64,000 bases of DNA from an uncultured Klebsiella sp. GTDB taxonomy: Bacteria; Chloroflexota; Chloroflexia; Chloroflexales; Roseiflexaceae. The notes below the pieces were generated by a model. The model saw only the letters and a list, made by a program, of their open reading frames with translations. It ran no database searches and was not told the origin of the DNA. Where the stretch lies: positions 7,554-71,553 of the forward strand of contig CAZIKU010000001.1 in the NCBI GenBank assembly GCA_964539815.1, given 5' to 3'. Within the stretch, counting starts at the first letter, position 1, and every line of letters begins with the position of its first letter. This document shows, piece after piece, positions 48,329 to 56,692 of this stretch. Both the position numbers and the translations under genes were made by a program.

Positions 48329-49537
48329 ATGCGCGTGTTGATGATATCGTGGGAGTATCCACCGCATATGGTCGGTGGACTTGGCCGGCATGTCGCAGAC
48401 TTGGCACCACAACTTGCCAAACAAGGTGTTGACTTGACACTGCTTACTCCGTGGTCTGCGGGTGCATTGCAATATGAGCAGGTTGCACCAAATTTGCATA
48501 TTGTCAGAGTGCCACTCAATGAACGTGCACTCGATATTGTGACGCGGGTTTCAGATGCAACAGTAGCCTTAGTAAATGTTGCACATGCACTCTGGAAAGA
48601 ACATGGTGGGTTTGATTTAATCCACGTTCATGATTGGTTGTTGGCAGATGCTGCTATAACGCTCAAACACCATTATCGGCGACCGTTGTTGGCCACAATC
48701 CATGCAAGCGAACGTGGACGTCGACGCGGTGATATTTCTTCCCCTGAATCACGTGCAATTGATGCAATTGAGTGGCGACTCACGTATGAGGCCTGGCGGG
48801 TGATTGTCTGCTCACAATACATGGTTTCACAGCTCGTCAATGACTTTGACTTGCCACACGACAAAATTGATATGGTTCCAAATGGAGTGGTCATTCCGGC
48901 GAACCCGTTTGCCTGCGCACAAGACCGGTTGCACTATCGTATGCGCTATCAGCCGTTCGATGCTCCGTTGCTTTTTGCTGTTGGCCGACTGGTTCATGAA
49001 AAAGGCTGGCATGTGTTGATTGCGGCACTCGCGCGCCTACGACATGTATTTGCCCATACGCGACTCGTTTTGGCTGGCGTCGGAGGATATCGTGATGAAC
49101 TGCTCTGGCTCGCACGCAAACATGATGTATTGAGTGCAGTGACATTTGCTGGCTTTATTAGCGATGACGATCGCAATAAACTGTATGCAGCTGCCGATAT
49201 AGCAGTATTTCCGTCACTCTATGAACCGTTTGGAATAGTCGCATTAGAAGCTATGGCGTTGCGTTGTCCGGTGGTCGTCAGTAATACGGGTGGGTTACGA
49301 GAAGTGGTTCAGTCGAATCGTACGGGAGTGCTCGTATCGCCAGATGATGTAGATGCATTAGTCGCAGGATTGACTACGACCTTGAGTGAGTCAGTGCAAA
49401 CGAATGAGCGCATCCAACTTGCGTACGAAGATACGCGTATTACCTATGGTTGGCAGACGATTGCTGCGTCGACAGCGGCTGTGTATGGGCGAGTAATCGC
49501 CGAGTGGCAAAACTCCGATTGGGGGCATGCATCGTGA
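48329..49537 (+). CDS. glycosyltransferase, GT4 family (glycogen-synthase/GlgM-like N-terminus)
   Basis: MRVLMISWEYPPHMVGGLGRHV and PSLYEPFGIVALEAMALRCPVV (E-x7-E). GAGGA Shine-Dalgarno. Confidence 0.85.
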   Translation: MRVLMISWEYPPHMVGGLGRHVADLAPQLAKQGVDLTLLTPWSAGALQYEQVAPNLHIVRVPLNERALDIVTRVSDATVALVNVAHALWKEHGGFDLIHVHDWLLADAAITLKHHYRRPLLATIHASERGRRRGDISSPESRAIDAIEWRLTYEAWRVIVCSQYMVSQLVNDFDLPHDKIDMVPNGVVIPANPFACAQDRLHYRMRYQPFDAPLLFAVGRLVHEKGWHVLIAALARLRHVFAHTRLVLAGVGGYRDELLWLARKHDVLSAVTFAGFISDDDRNKLYAAADIAVFPSLYEPFGIVALEAMALRCPVVVSNTGGLREVVQSNRTGVLVSPDDVDALVAGLTTTLSESVQTNERIQLAYEDTRITYGWQTIAASTAAVYGRVIAEWQNSDWGHAS

Positions 49538-49587
49538 TTTGTTGCGTGTTTGTGTACTGTCAGATACACTACACATAGATTTGTTAG

Positions 49588-50157
49588 ATGAGGTACGCTA
49601 TGACTGCACCTGTTCGTCCACCACGTCGTTCTACAGCATACGTGCATGCTGCGTATACCCGCTGTGTTGGTACGTGGCTCGAGAATGCTCCGAGCAAAGA
49701 AGAACTCTCCGCCATGCGTGATGCGATGGAAGCCGCCCGCCGCTACCGCGAAACGGTAAAAGATGCCATTCCAACAGTTGATGCCTACAACGAAATGAGT
49801 TTGGCACTCTTTCGCCATGAACGATTCCGTGCAATTGCGTTGGATGGCTGGATTATCGCCGATGTCATTGATGCGAATGGTGAACCACCAATCGTCGAAG
49901 ACGAAGCTGATCCCACGTTCTCACAATACATCCGTGCTGCAGTAGGCACTGTGGCATCTGCGCGTATCCGTCGTGCATTAGCAGAACAAGCACAACGCTT
50001 TTTGCCCATGCTGATTGATGAAGATGATAAGGTGGGAGCTATTTTGTTGGCTCAAAATACCTACATGACATTAATGAGTGAATCATCCACTCCACTCTTG
50101 GTGCAAAGCATCGTGAGCGGCTTGTCAGCATATTACGACGAATTGCCCGAAGAATAA
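49588..50157 (+). CDS. hypothetical protein
   Basis: 189-aa ORF with an acidic C-terminus. The alternative start at 49600 has better Shine-Dalgarno (GAGG) spacing. A strong terminator follows. Confidence 0.5.
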   Translation: MRYAMTAPVRPPRRSTAYVHAAYTRCVGTWLENAPSKEELSAMRDAMEAARRYRETVKDAIPTVDAYNEMSLALFRHERFRAIALDGWIIADVIDANGEPPIVEDEADPTFSQYIRAAVGTVASARIRRALAEQAQRFLPMLIDEDDKVGAILLAQNTYMTLMSESSTPLLVQSIVSGLSAYYDELPEE

Positions 50158-50173
50158 CGCCACGAAGATAGAA

Positions 50174-50207
50174 CCACCTGTCACAAATCTGTGACAGGTG
50201 GTTTTTT
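50174..50207 (+). terminator. rho-independent terminator
   Basis: Perfect 12-bp stem: CCACCTGTCACA, loop AATC, TGTGACAGGTGG, followed by TTTTTT. Confidence 0.9.
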
Positions 50208-50259
50208 CGTACCTTTTTGCATTACAAGAGCGGTATACCTCACAACAAAGGAGGTAGGT

Positions 50260-51762
50260 ATGCTTGCTCGTATCATGAGTTGTGCGCTTCGTGGTTTGGA
50301 TGGCGTCACCGTAATGGTTGAGGTCGATATATCCGGTGGACTGCCGTTTTTTGCTGTCGTTGGTCTGACTGATACTGCGGTCCAAGAAAGTCGTGAACGG
50401 GTCCGTGCAGCCATTCGAAACTCCGAGTACGAATTTCCGATGCGCCGTGTTGCTGTGAGTCTGGCTCCGGCGGATTTGCGCAAGGCTGGTCCAGCATATG
50501 ATTTGCCGATTGCGTTGGCGATTTTGGCAGCCACCTATCAAATTCCGTTGCCGAGTGCGACAACGGCCTTTCTCGGTGAAGTCGGATTTGATGGCAGTTT
50601 GCGTCATGTTGATGGCGTATTGCCGATGGTGATTGCCGCCAAAGATGCAGGGATGACCCACGTGGTGGTACCACAGATCGACGCACGAGAAGCAATGCTC
50701 GTCTCGGATATTACCGTCGTCCCATGTGCATCCATACGTGATGTTGCCCGTGTGATCAATGGCGGTCGCCCACACGAACTTGTGCTCCATGCAACAGAGC
50801 GAGTAGCGTCGGTCGAACAAATCGATTTTGCTGATGTACGGGGCAATCAGCATGCGCGCCGCGCCATGGAAATAGTAGCGGCAGGGCGACATAATATTCT
50901 ACTCACGGGTGCACCTGGATCTGGTAAAACAATGATGGCACGCGCATTGTGGAGCATCATGCCACCCCTGACAGATAGTGAATCAATGACTGTTGCCAAA
51001 ATTCAAAGTGTGGCCGGTACATTACGACGTGATATTCATCTTTCACATCAAATTCCATTTTGTGCTCCACATCACACAACGTCACTTGCTGGATTAATAG
51101 GTGGTGGTGCAAGTCGGATTCGTCCCGGCATGGTGACACTTGCACATCATGGCCTGCTCTTTCTTGATGAATTTCCCGAATTTGGCCAAAAACTCGAATC
51201 CCTGCGTCAGCCTCTCGAAGATCGCAGCATAACAATAAGTCGTGCGCATGGGTCGCTAGAGTTACCTGCGAACTTTCTGTTGGTGGCTGCACGAAATCCA
51301 TGTCCATGCGGCTGGTACGGTGATCGAGAGCGTGCATGCACTTGTACTCCACATGCTTTGGAGCGCTATCAGCGCCGGGTGAGTGGTCCTATTTTGGATA
51401 GAATCGATATGCATTTAGATGTGCCACGCATCGAATCACACCAGCTCATTACTATTGCCTATGGCGAATCATCAGCGCAGATTCTGGCACGCGTGTTGAC
51501 TGCGCGTCAATTCGCACACTCACGTGGGCAAAAAAAGCATAATGCAGACTTGACTGTCGCTGAGTTGCGAAGTCATGCGTCACCAGACGCACACGGGCAA
51601 GCCTTGCTTGAAACAGCGATAGCCAGACTCGGCTTATCTGCACGTTCGTACTTCCGAATCTTGCGTGTGGCACGGACAATTGCTGATCTAGCTGGTGCCA
51701 GTGACGTGTTGCAGCTACACATCGCAGAAGCATTGCAATACCGAGGATTTCGATTAGTGTGA
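50260..51762 (+). CDS. comM: YifB/ComM-family Mg-chelatase-like AAA+ ATPase
   Basis: MLARIMSCALRGLDGVTVMVEVDISGGLPFFAVVGL N-terminal Lon-protease-like domain. Walker A GAPGSGKT and LFLDEFPEF. AAGGAGG Shine-Dalgarno 5 nt upstream of the ATG at 50260. Confidence 0.9.
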   Translation: MLARIMSCALRGLDGVTVMVEVDISGGLPFFAVVGLTDTAVQESRERVRAAIRNSEYEFPMRRVAVSLAPADLRKAGPAYDLPIALAILAATYQIPLPSATTAFLGEVGFDGSLRHVDGVLPMVIAAKDAGMTHVVVPQIDAREAMLVSDITVVPCASIRDVARVINGGRPHELVLHATERVASVEQIDFADVRGNQHARRAMEIVAAGRHNILLTGAPGSGKTMMARALWSIMPPLTDSESMTVAKIQSVAGTLRRDIHLSHQIPFCAPHHTTSLAGLIGGGASRIRPGMVTLAHHGLLFLDEFPEFGQKLESLRQPLEDRSITISRAHGSLELPANFLLVAARNPCPCGWYGDRERACTCTPHALERYQRRVSGPILDRIDMHLDVPRIESHQLITIAYGESSAQILARVLTARQFAHSRGQKKHNADLTVAELRSHASPDAHGQALLETAIARLGLSARSYFRILRVARTIADLAGASDVLQLHIAEALQYRGFRLV

Positions 51763-51816
51763 GTCGATTATGTGTTTGCTATTATAATGGGCTTGGATAT
51801 GTGAAAGGGGGGGGAT

Positions 51817-52164
51817 ATGCAAACTCCAATGGGGCAAACGCTCGTCGCGTTGGTAGCGATGGCAGTCTTTTTATTGATGGCTCAACGTGCGCAATCGGTT
51901 GGCCAAACGAATCGCATGCGTGCTATGCGCGCTGCGGCAGCAAGTACTGCTATTTTGTCGGCAAATGCAGCGTTGCGAATGTTTGGCATAGATGTTTCCG
52001 CATACCAGACATATATCGCACTTGGGGCGTTTGCATGTATCGCACTTGCAGGATTCTTTTTGGTGCGGGCTGCACTGCGGAGTGAAGCCATGCAAATCCG
52101 CGTAGAGGTTCAACGACGTGCAGATGAATTCAAAAGCAACACCCCACCAGATGACAAAGCCTGA
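51817..52164 (+). CDS. small membrane protein, hypothetical
   Basis: 115 aa with two hydrophobic segments. G-rich Shine-Dalgarno upstream. Confidence 0.5.
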   Translation: MQTPMGQTLVALVAMAVFLLMAQRAQSVGQTNRMRAMRAAAASTAILSANAALRMFGIDVSAYQTYIALGAFACIALAGFFLVRAALRSEAMQIRVEVQRRADEFKSNTPPDDKA

Positions 52165-52165
52165 T

Positions 52166-52516
52166 ATGCGTATATTGTCCGCGGTACGCCTCTTTAATCA
52201 ACAACGTTGGCGCGATGCGTTGTTGCTATTTGAGGCAGTATGGCTACAAACACGTCACCCCGAACACAAGGCGCTCGTTCAGCTCGCGAATATCGTGCTA
52301 CAACTACATCTCGGCTTCTACAAATCACCACGATTGCTGATTCCCAAGGCGCGGGCACTTCTTTCCCAGGCGTCACCATGTACTGGGATCGACATTGCCG
52401 GACTTATGCACAGTTTGTATCTGCTTGCTGCGCTTATTCCTGAACACGACGACGATTCATTTCAGGTTACCGCCATTCCAGATATACAGATACGGTGGAT
52501 GTATGGCAACAGTTGA
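52166..52516 (+). CDS. DUF309-like protein
   Basis: RLFNQQRWRDALLLFEAVW...LVQLA resembles the DUF309 helical consensus. I chose the ATG 1 nt after the upstream stop. Confidence 0.45.
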   Translation: MRILSAVRLFNQQRWRDALLLFEAVWLQTRHPEHKALVQLANIVLQLHLGFYKSPRLLIPKARALLSQASPCTGIDIAGLMHSLYLLAALIPEHDDDSFQVTAIPDIQIRWMYGNS

Positions 52517-53414
52517 ACTCCAATATGTGACAGCACGTACTGCCTATGTACCTGGCACAAATAATCTTGGCGTAGTCGTGGTTGGTTCTGGCGAGGCCGT
52601 GGCAATTGATACGGGCATCGATAAAGAATCGGGGCGTTTATTGCGCCGGGCATGTGAAGCCGCCAATCTTGAGTTAGTGGCAGTTATTTCAACGCATCAT
52701 CATGCCGATCATATTGGCGGTAATGATTACCTAGTGCGCAATATTGCCCATCTAGAAGTCTACGCTCCACTGCGTGAAGCACCATTCATCGAAGATACAT
52801 ACCTCGAACCGAGCTATTTGTCATATGGCGCATCACCGATTCCTGCGTTGCGCAATCGATTCGTGATGGCCACATCTGCACCCGTGCATCATCGTATTCA
52901 ATCTGATGTGCTGACAATCGGTCACACTGAATTTGGTGTGATTGCAGTACCAGGTCATTCACTGGCACAAATCGCAGTACTCGTCGACGGCGTCTGTTTT
53001 GCTGCTGACAGTTACTTTGGTGATGCTGTTATTGAAAAGTACGGGATGCCGTATGCGCATGATGTTAATGCGCAAATTAATTCATTCGATGTCGTAACTG
53101 CGCTAGCTGCGCAAACGTGGATTCCTGGTCACGGGGTGTTGGCAACTCGCGAAGACCTCTTGCCAACTATTGCGCATAACCGTTTGGTGATTGCACAGAG
53201 TAAAACGATGATTTGTGATGTGTGTCGGATACCACAGTCACTTCAGTCGATTGTGACCGCAGTGCAACAACAGATGGGTAAACCATCGACCGCACTTGCA
53301 CAGTATGCAGTATTTGCCTCTGGAATTTCCGCATATTTGGCTGCGCTCGTGAGCGATGGTATGCTCACCGTGGAATTAACGTCGATGGGGCCAATGTGGC
53401 AGACAATCAAATGA
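52503..53414 (+). CDS. metallo-beta-lactamase-fold hydrolase
   Basis: STHHHADHIGG (HxHxDH motif). I chose the start at MATVELQ (GGTGGA upstream). Confidence 0.85.
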   Translation: MATVELQYVTARTAYVPGTNNLGVVVVGSGEAVAIDTGIDKESGRLLRRACEAANLELVAVISTHHHADHIGGNDYLVRNIAHLEVYAPLREAPFIEDTYLEPSYLSYGASPIPALRNRFVMATSAPVHHRIQSDVLTIGHTEFGVIAVPGHSLAQIAVLVDGVCFAADSYFGDAVIEKYGMPYAHDVNAQINSFDVVTALAAQTWIPGHGVLATREDLLPTIAHNRLVIAQSKTMICDVCRIPQSLQSIVTAVQQQMGKPSTALAQYAVFASGISAYLAALVSDGMLTVELTSMGPMWQTIK

Positions 53415-53857
53415 TGCATTGTTCGTATCTCCGTGTTCGCTATGCCGAAACCGATGCCATGGGGGTTGTGCATCATGCCGCCTATGTCCCGTGGCTAGAA
53501 GTTGGTCGTGTCAATTTACTACGTGCTGCAGGATGCCCATACGGCGAGATTGAGGCGCGAGGATTGCTGGTGGTACTTTCCGATCTGAGCGTGCGCTATC
53601 GCTGGCCTGCACACTTTGACGAAGAAATTACCGTACAAACGTGCGTCGTGACACTCAAAAGTCGTCAAATTGGTTTTCAGTACACGGTCATGTTGAGTGA
53701 CAGTGAACGGATATTGGTTGAAGCGACGACGACCCACATCGTGGTGTTTCGCGCAACGATGCGCCCAACGATATTGCCAAGTGATTTGCATGCACTCCTT
53801 GCCCCATGGGTTACCACAGCCAATGATTCGTCTGTAACGAAAGGTGGAGTACCGTGA
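53411..53857 (+). CDS. acyl-CoA thioesterase (4HBT/YbgC hot-dog fold)
   Basis: RVRYAETDAMGVVHHAAYVPWLEVGR is the YbgC-type motif. ATGA overlap with the upstream gene. Confidence 0.85.
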   Translation: MMHCSYLRVRYAETDAMGVVHHAAYVPWLEVGRVNLLRAAGCPYGEIEARGLLVVLSDLSVRYRWPAHFDEEITVQTCVVTLKSRQIGFQYTVMLSDSERILVEATTTHIVVFRATMRPTILPSDLHALLAPWVTTANDSSVTKGGVP

Positions 53858-54669
53858 CAACCTGGACTTCCGCATTTGTAGATACTGGTGATGTCAAACT
53901 GCGATACCAGCGTGCTGGGAGTGGTAGACCGATGATTTTCTTGCATGGAATGACGGATAATGGCGATTGCTGGAAACCGTTCGCTGCACAGCTTGTACCG
54001 CACTATGACGTGATTTTGCTCGATGCACGTGGTCATGGCGAGTCTGATAAATCCTGTACTACCGTGGCGCATGTTGATCAAGTGGCTGATTTACGGGTCG
54101 TCATTGCACAACTTCAGCTCGTCAAACCCATCTTGATTGGGCATTCCATGGGGGCAATGGTCGCATTCATTGCTGCGTGTACGTACCCAGAGCTGTTGCA
54201 TGCAGTCATCCTTGAGGATCCACGCTTTCGTCCATTGATCTATGTCACCGAATCATTGCGTGAATCTGCACGTGCGAATGTGTGGAAATGGGTAGATAGC
54301 ATGCAGTCAATGACGCATGATGCACTGGTGATGCGGTGTATCGCTGAGAATCCGACATGGCGAGCAGAGGAACTCAATGCGTGGGCGGCGGCAAAGCTAC
54401 AACTTGCGCCGCGACTGCACTGGGAGGACGAACGCAACATGGTGCCATGGCAACAGCGTATGCAGGACCTCGCAGTGCCGACATTGCTCATTAGTGCAGA
54501 CGAATCTCGCGGTGGGCTCGTCACCGCAGAGTCTGCTGCGGAAGCACGCATGTTGTCGCAGTTCGTGGAAATTGCCCACATCCGCAAGGTTGGTCATTGT
54601 ATTCGCCGCGAAGCGCCTGATGCCTATCGAGCGCTTACCATGGATTTTGTTCGTAGAATGTCTATATGA
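53854..54669 (+). CDS. alpha/beta hydrolase
   Basis: GHSMGA nucleophile elbow and an HG oxyanion motif (IFLHGMTDNG). GTG start overlapping the upstream stop. Confidence 0.85.
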   Translation: MTTWTSAFVDTGDVKLRYQRAGSGRPMIFLHGMTDNGDCWKPFAAQLVPHYDVILLDARGHGESDKSCTTVAHVDQVADLRVVIAQLQLVKPILIGHSMGAMVAFIAACTYPELLHAVILEDPRFRPLIYVTESLRESARANVWKWVDSMQSMTHDALVMRCIAENPTWRAEELNAWAAAKLQLAPRLHWEDERNMVPWQQRMQDLAVPTLLISADESRGGLVTAESAAEARMLSQFVEIAHIRKVGHCIRREAPDAYRALTMDFVRRMSI

Positions 54670-54680
54670 AAGGCAGCAAC

Positions 54681-55493
54681 ATGGTGACATGGCAATCTGG
54701 TTTTGTGGATTCAGGCGGTGTAAAGATTCGCTATCAGCGTGCGGGCAATGGTGTGCCATTTATTATGGCTCATGGTTTTTCAGACAACGGCAATTGTTGG
54801 AAAGCATGGGCAGAGCGGAATTTTGTGGCAGCGTACGATGTGGTTTTGCTCGATGCCCGCAATCATGGCCAATCGGATCGCACCGATTCACATAATGGTG
54901 GTATCGACAGAGCAGCAGATACTAAAGCACTCATCGAGCAACTCAACTTGCATAAGCCATTGTTAATTGGGCATTCTATGGGGGCAGATATGTCTCTCCA
55001 TGCTGCTACCATGTATCCTGAGTTGTTACGCGCCGTCATTCTCGAAGATCCACCCATGTGGGGTGTGCCCGCAGAGCCATTGAGCGATGCCGAACGCAAA
55101 GCGAATATCGATCGCTTTGAAAAGTGGATTAGCGAGATGAAACACACGCCAGCGCCTGAATTACTCATCCGCTGTATCCGTGAAAATCCCACATGGCGCG
55201 CCGAAGAACTCGAAGCGTGGGTACAATCAAAGCACGAATTTGGTGTACCAGTATCACATCGAGACCGCTCGCAGCCGTGGCAAACGTTGTTTGCGCAGGT
55301 TGTTGTGCCGACGCTTCTCATTTGTTCAGATGAACAAAAAGGATCGATTGCGCCAGCTGAGTCGGTGGCACAGGCACGGGTGGCATCGAAACATATCGAA
55401 GTCGCGCATATCCGCAATGTTGGTCATTGTATTCGGCGTGAAGCACCAGATGCCTTTACTGCGCTCGTCAAAGAATTTATTCGTCGGCACTGA
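54681..55493 (+). CDS. alpha/beta hydrolase (tandem paralog of 53854-54669)
   Basis: GHSMGA. Its ENPTWRAEEL and VGHCIRREAPDA blocks are near-identical to those of the upstream gene. I chose the start at MVTWQSGFVDSG by alignment to the paralog. Confidence 0.85.
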   Translation: MVTWQSGFVDSGGVKIRYQRAGNGVPFIMAHGFSDNGNCWKAWAERNFVAAYDVVLLDARNHGQSDRTDSHNGGIDRAADTKALIEQLNLHKPLLIGHSMGADMSLHAATMYPELLRAVILEDPPMWGVPAEPLSDAERKANIDRFEKWISEMKHTPAPELLIRCIRENPTWRAEELEAWVQSKHEFGVPVSHRDRSQPWQTLFAQVVVPTLLICSDEQKGSIAPAESVAQARVASKHIEVAHIRNVGHCIRREAPDAFTALVKEFIRRH

Positions 55494-55507
55494 TGAGGAG
55501 GTTGGGA

Positions 55508-56635
55508 ATGTTTCAGTATGATTTACACGAAGCAACAGAGTTGCTGCGTGCGCTTGTTGCCATCAAAAGCTACCCTGGTGCAGAACATGATGTGCAGTAC
55601 GCAATTCGTGATTGGTTTAATGAACAAGGGATAATCGCTGAAGTGTGGCCAACGACGCAGGCGCCAAACATCGTCGTGCGTATCGAGAACGGCGCTGGTC
55701 CCACATTCATGCTCAACGGGCACACGGATACGGTATTGGCAGCCGAAGGCTGGGAATGTGATCCGTGGCAAGGCAAAATCGACGGCGACATCATGTATGG
55801 CCTTGGCGCATGCGACATGAAGTGCGGTGTGGTTGCCAACATGCTCGTGACGCGTGAATTTGCCCGACATCGTGAAATGTGGTCAGGGACATTGATTTGT
55901 AGCGTGGTTGTCGATGAAGAAGCATATTCACTCGGTGCAAATACACTGATAGAGCAAGGAATACGGGCTGACTACTGTATCGTGACAGAATCGTTGCCCA
56001 ATATTGAGCTTGGTGCCACCGGCAAAATCCTAATCAAGGCCGATGTTATCGGGAAAGCGGCGCATGGATTCATGCCATGGCAAGGGATTAATGCGGCCAG
56101 CGAAGCTGCGCGATTTGTCGTTGGTGTCGATGCGTTACCACTTGGTGACCATCCGCGTATCCCTGCATCACAGTCAATTCTTTCGTTTCTGAGTGGTAGT
56201 GCACAGTATGTGGTGACAATCCCAGAACGCGCAGAAGTGTTGATTTCGCGCCAAATTGTCCCTGGTGAGAACAATGAGACCGTGCTCGCGCAAATGCACG
56301 CAGCTGCACAGTCACTTAATTCCCCGGCACGCATTGAATTGACGACTCCGCCACCATACTACCCACCGTTCGAAATCAGTAGCGATCATCCACTTGTGCA
56401 GGCAACACAGCGTGCGTTCACATCTGTGCATGGAAAAACTGCCGAATATGTCTATTCGACTGGGGTGAGCGATGCAAATCTTTTCGCCGAACTCGCGCAT
56501 ATCCCGACAATTCTGGTGGGATGCACTGGTGGGAATTATCATCAATGCCAAGAGTGGGTAAATCTCCCATCAATGATAAAGCTATGTGATTTGTGTACAC
56601 AGGTGATTATCGAATTACTGCCAGCCAAGAAATAA
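55508..56635 (+). CDS. M20-family peptidase/deacylase (ArgE/DapE-like)
   Basis: LNGHTDTV and VVDEEAYS motifs. GAGGAGG Shine-Dalgarno 6 nt upstream of the ATG at 55508. Confidence 0.8.
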   Translation: MFQYDLHEATELLRALVAIKSYPGAEHDVQYAIRDWFNEQGIIAEVWPTTQAPNIVVRIENGAGPTFMLNGHTDTVLAAEGWECDPWQGKIDGDIMYGLGACDMKCGVVANMLVTREFARHREMWSGTLICSVVVDEEAYSLGANTLIEQGIRADYCIVTESLPNIELGATGKILIKADVIGKAAHGFMPWQGINAASEAARFVVGVDALPLGDHPRIPASQSILSFLSGSAQYVVTIPERAEVLISRQIVPGENNETVLAQMHAAAQSLNSPARIELTTPPPYYPPFEISSDHPLVQATQRAFTSVHGKTAEYVYSTGVSDANLFAELAHIPTILVGCTGGNYHQCQEWVNLPSMIKLCDLCTQVIIELLPAKK

Positions 56636-56640
56636 GCAAA

Positions 56641-56672
56641 ACGCGGCAGTCAGCGTGCGCTGACTGCCGCGT
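56641..56672 (-). terminator. GC-rich hairpin between convergent genes (terminator, T-tract on the minus strand)
   Basis: CGCGGCAGTCAGCG and CGCTGACTGCCGCG form a 13-14 bp stem. On the minus strand TTTTGC follows. It lies between the stops at 56635 (+) and 56693 (-). Confidence 0.7.
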
Positions 56673-56692
56673 ACAGTATCCTGTCAATCCAA

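Noticed and set aside
47702-48499. 265-aa minus-strand ORF spanning the EamA 5' end, the divergent intergenic region and the GT4 5' end
   Set aside because: It crosses a promoter region and overlaps two well-supported genes. It has no recognisable motif and a Cys/His-rich composition.
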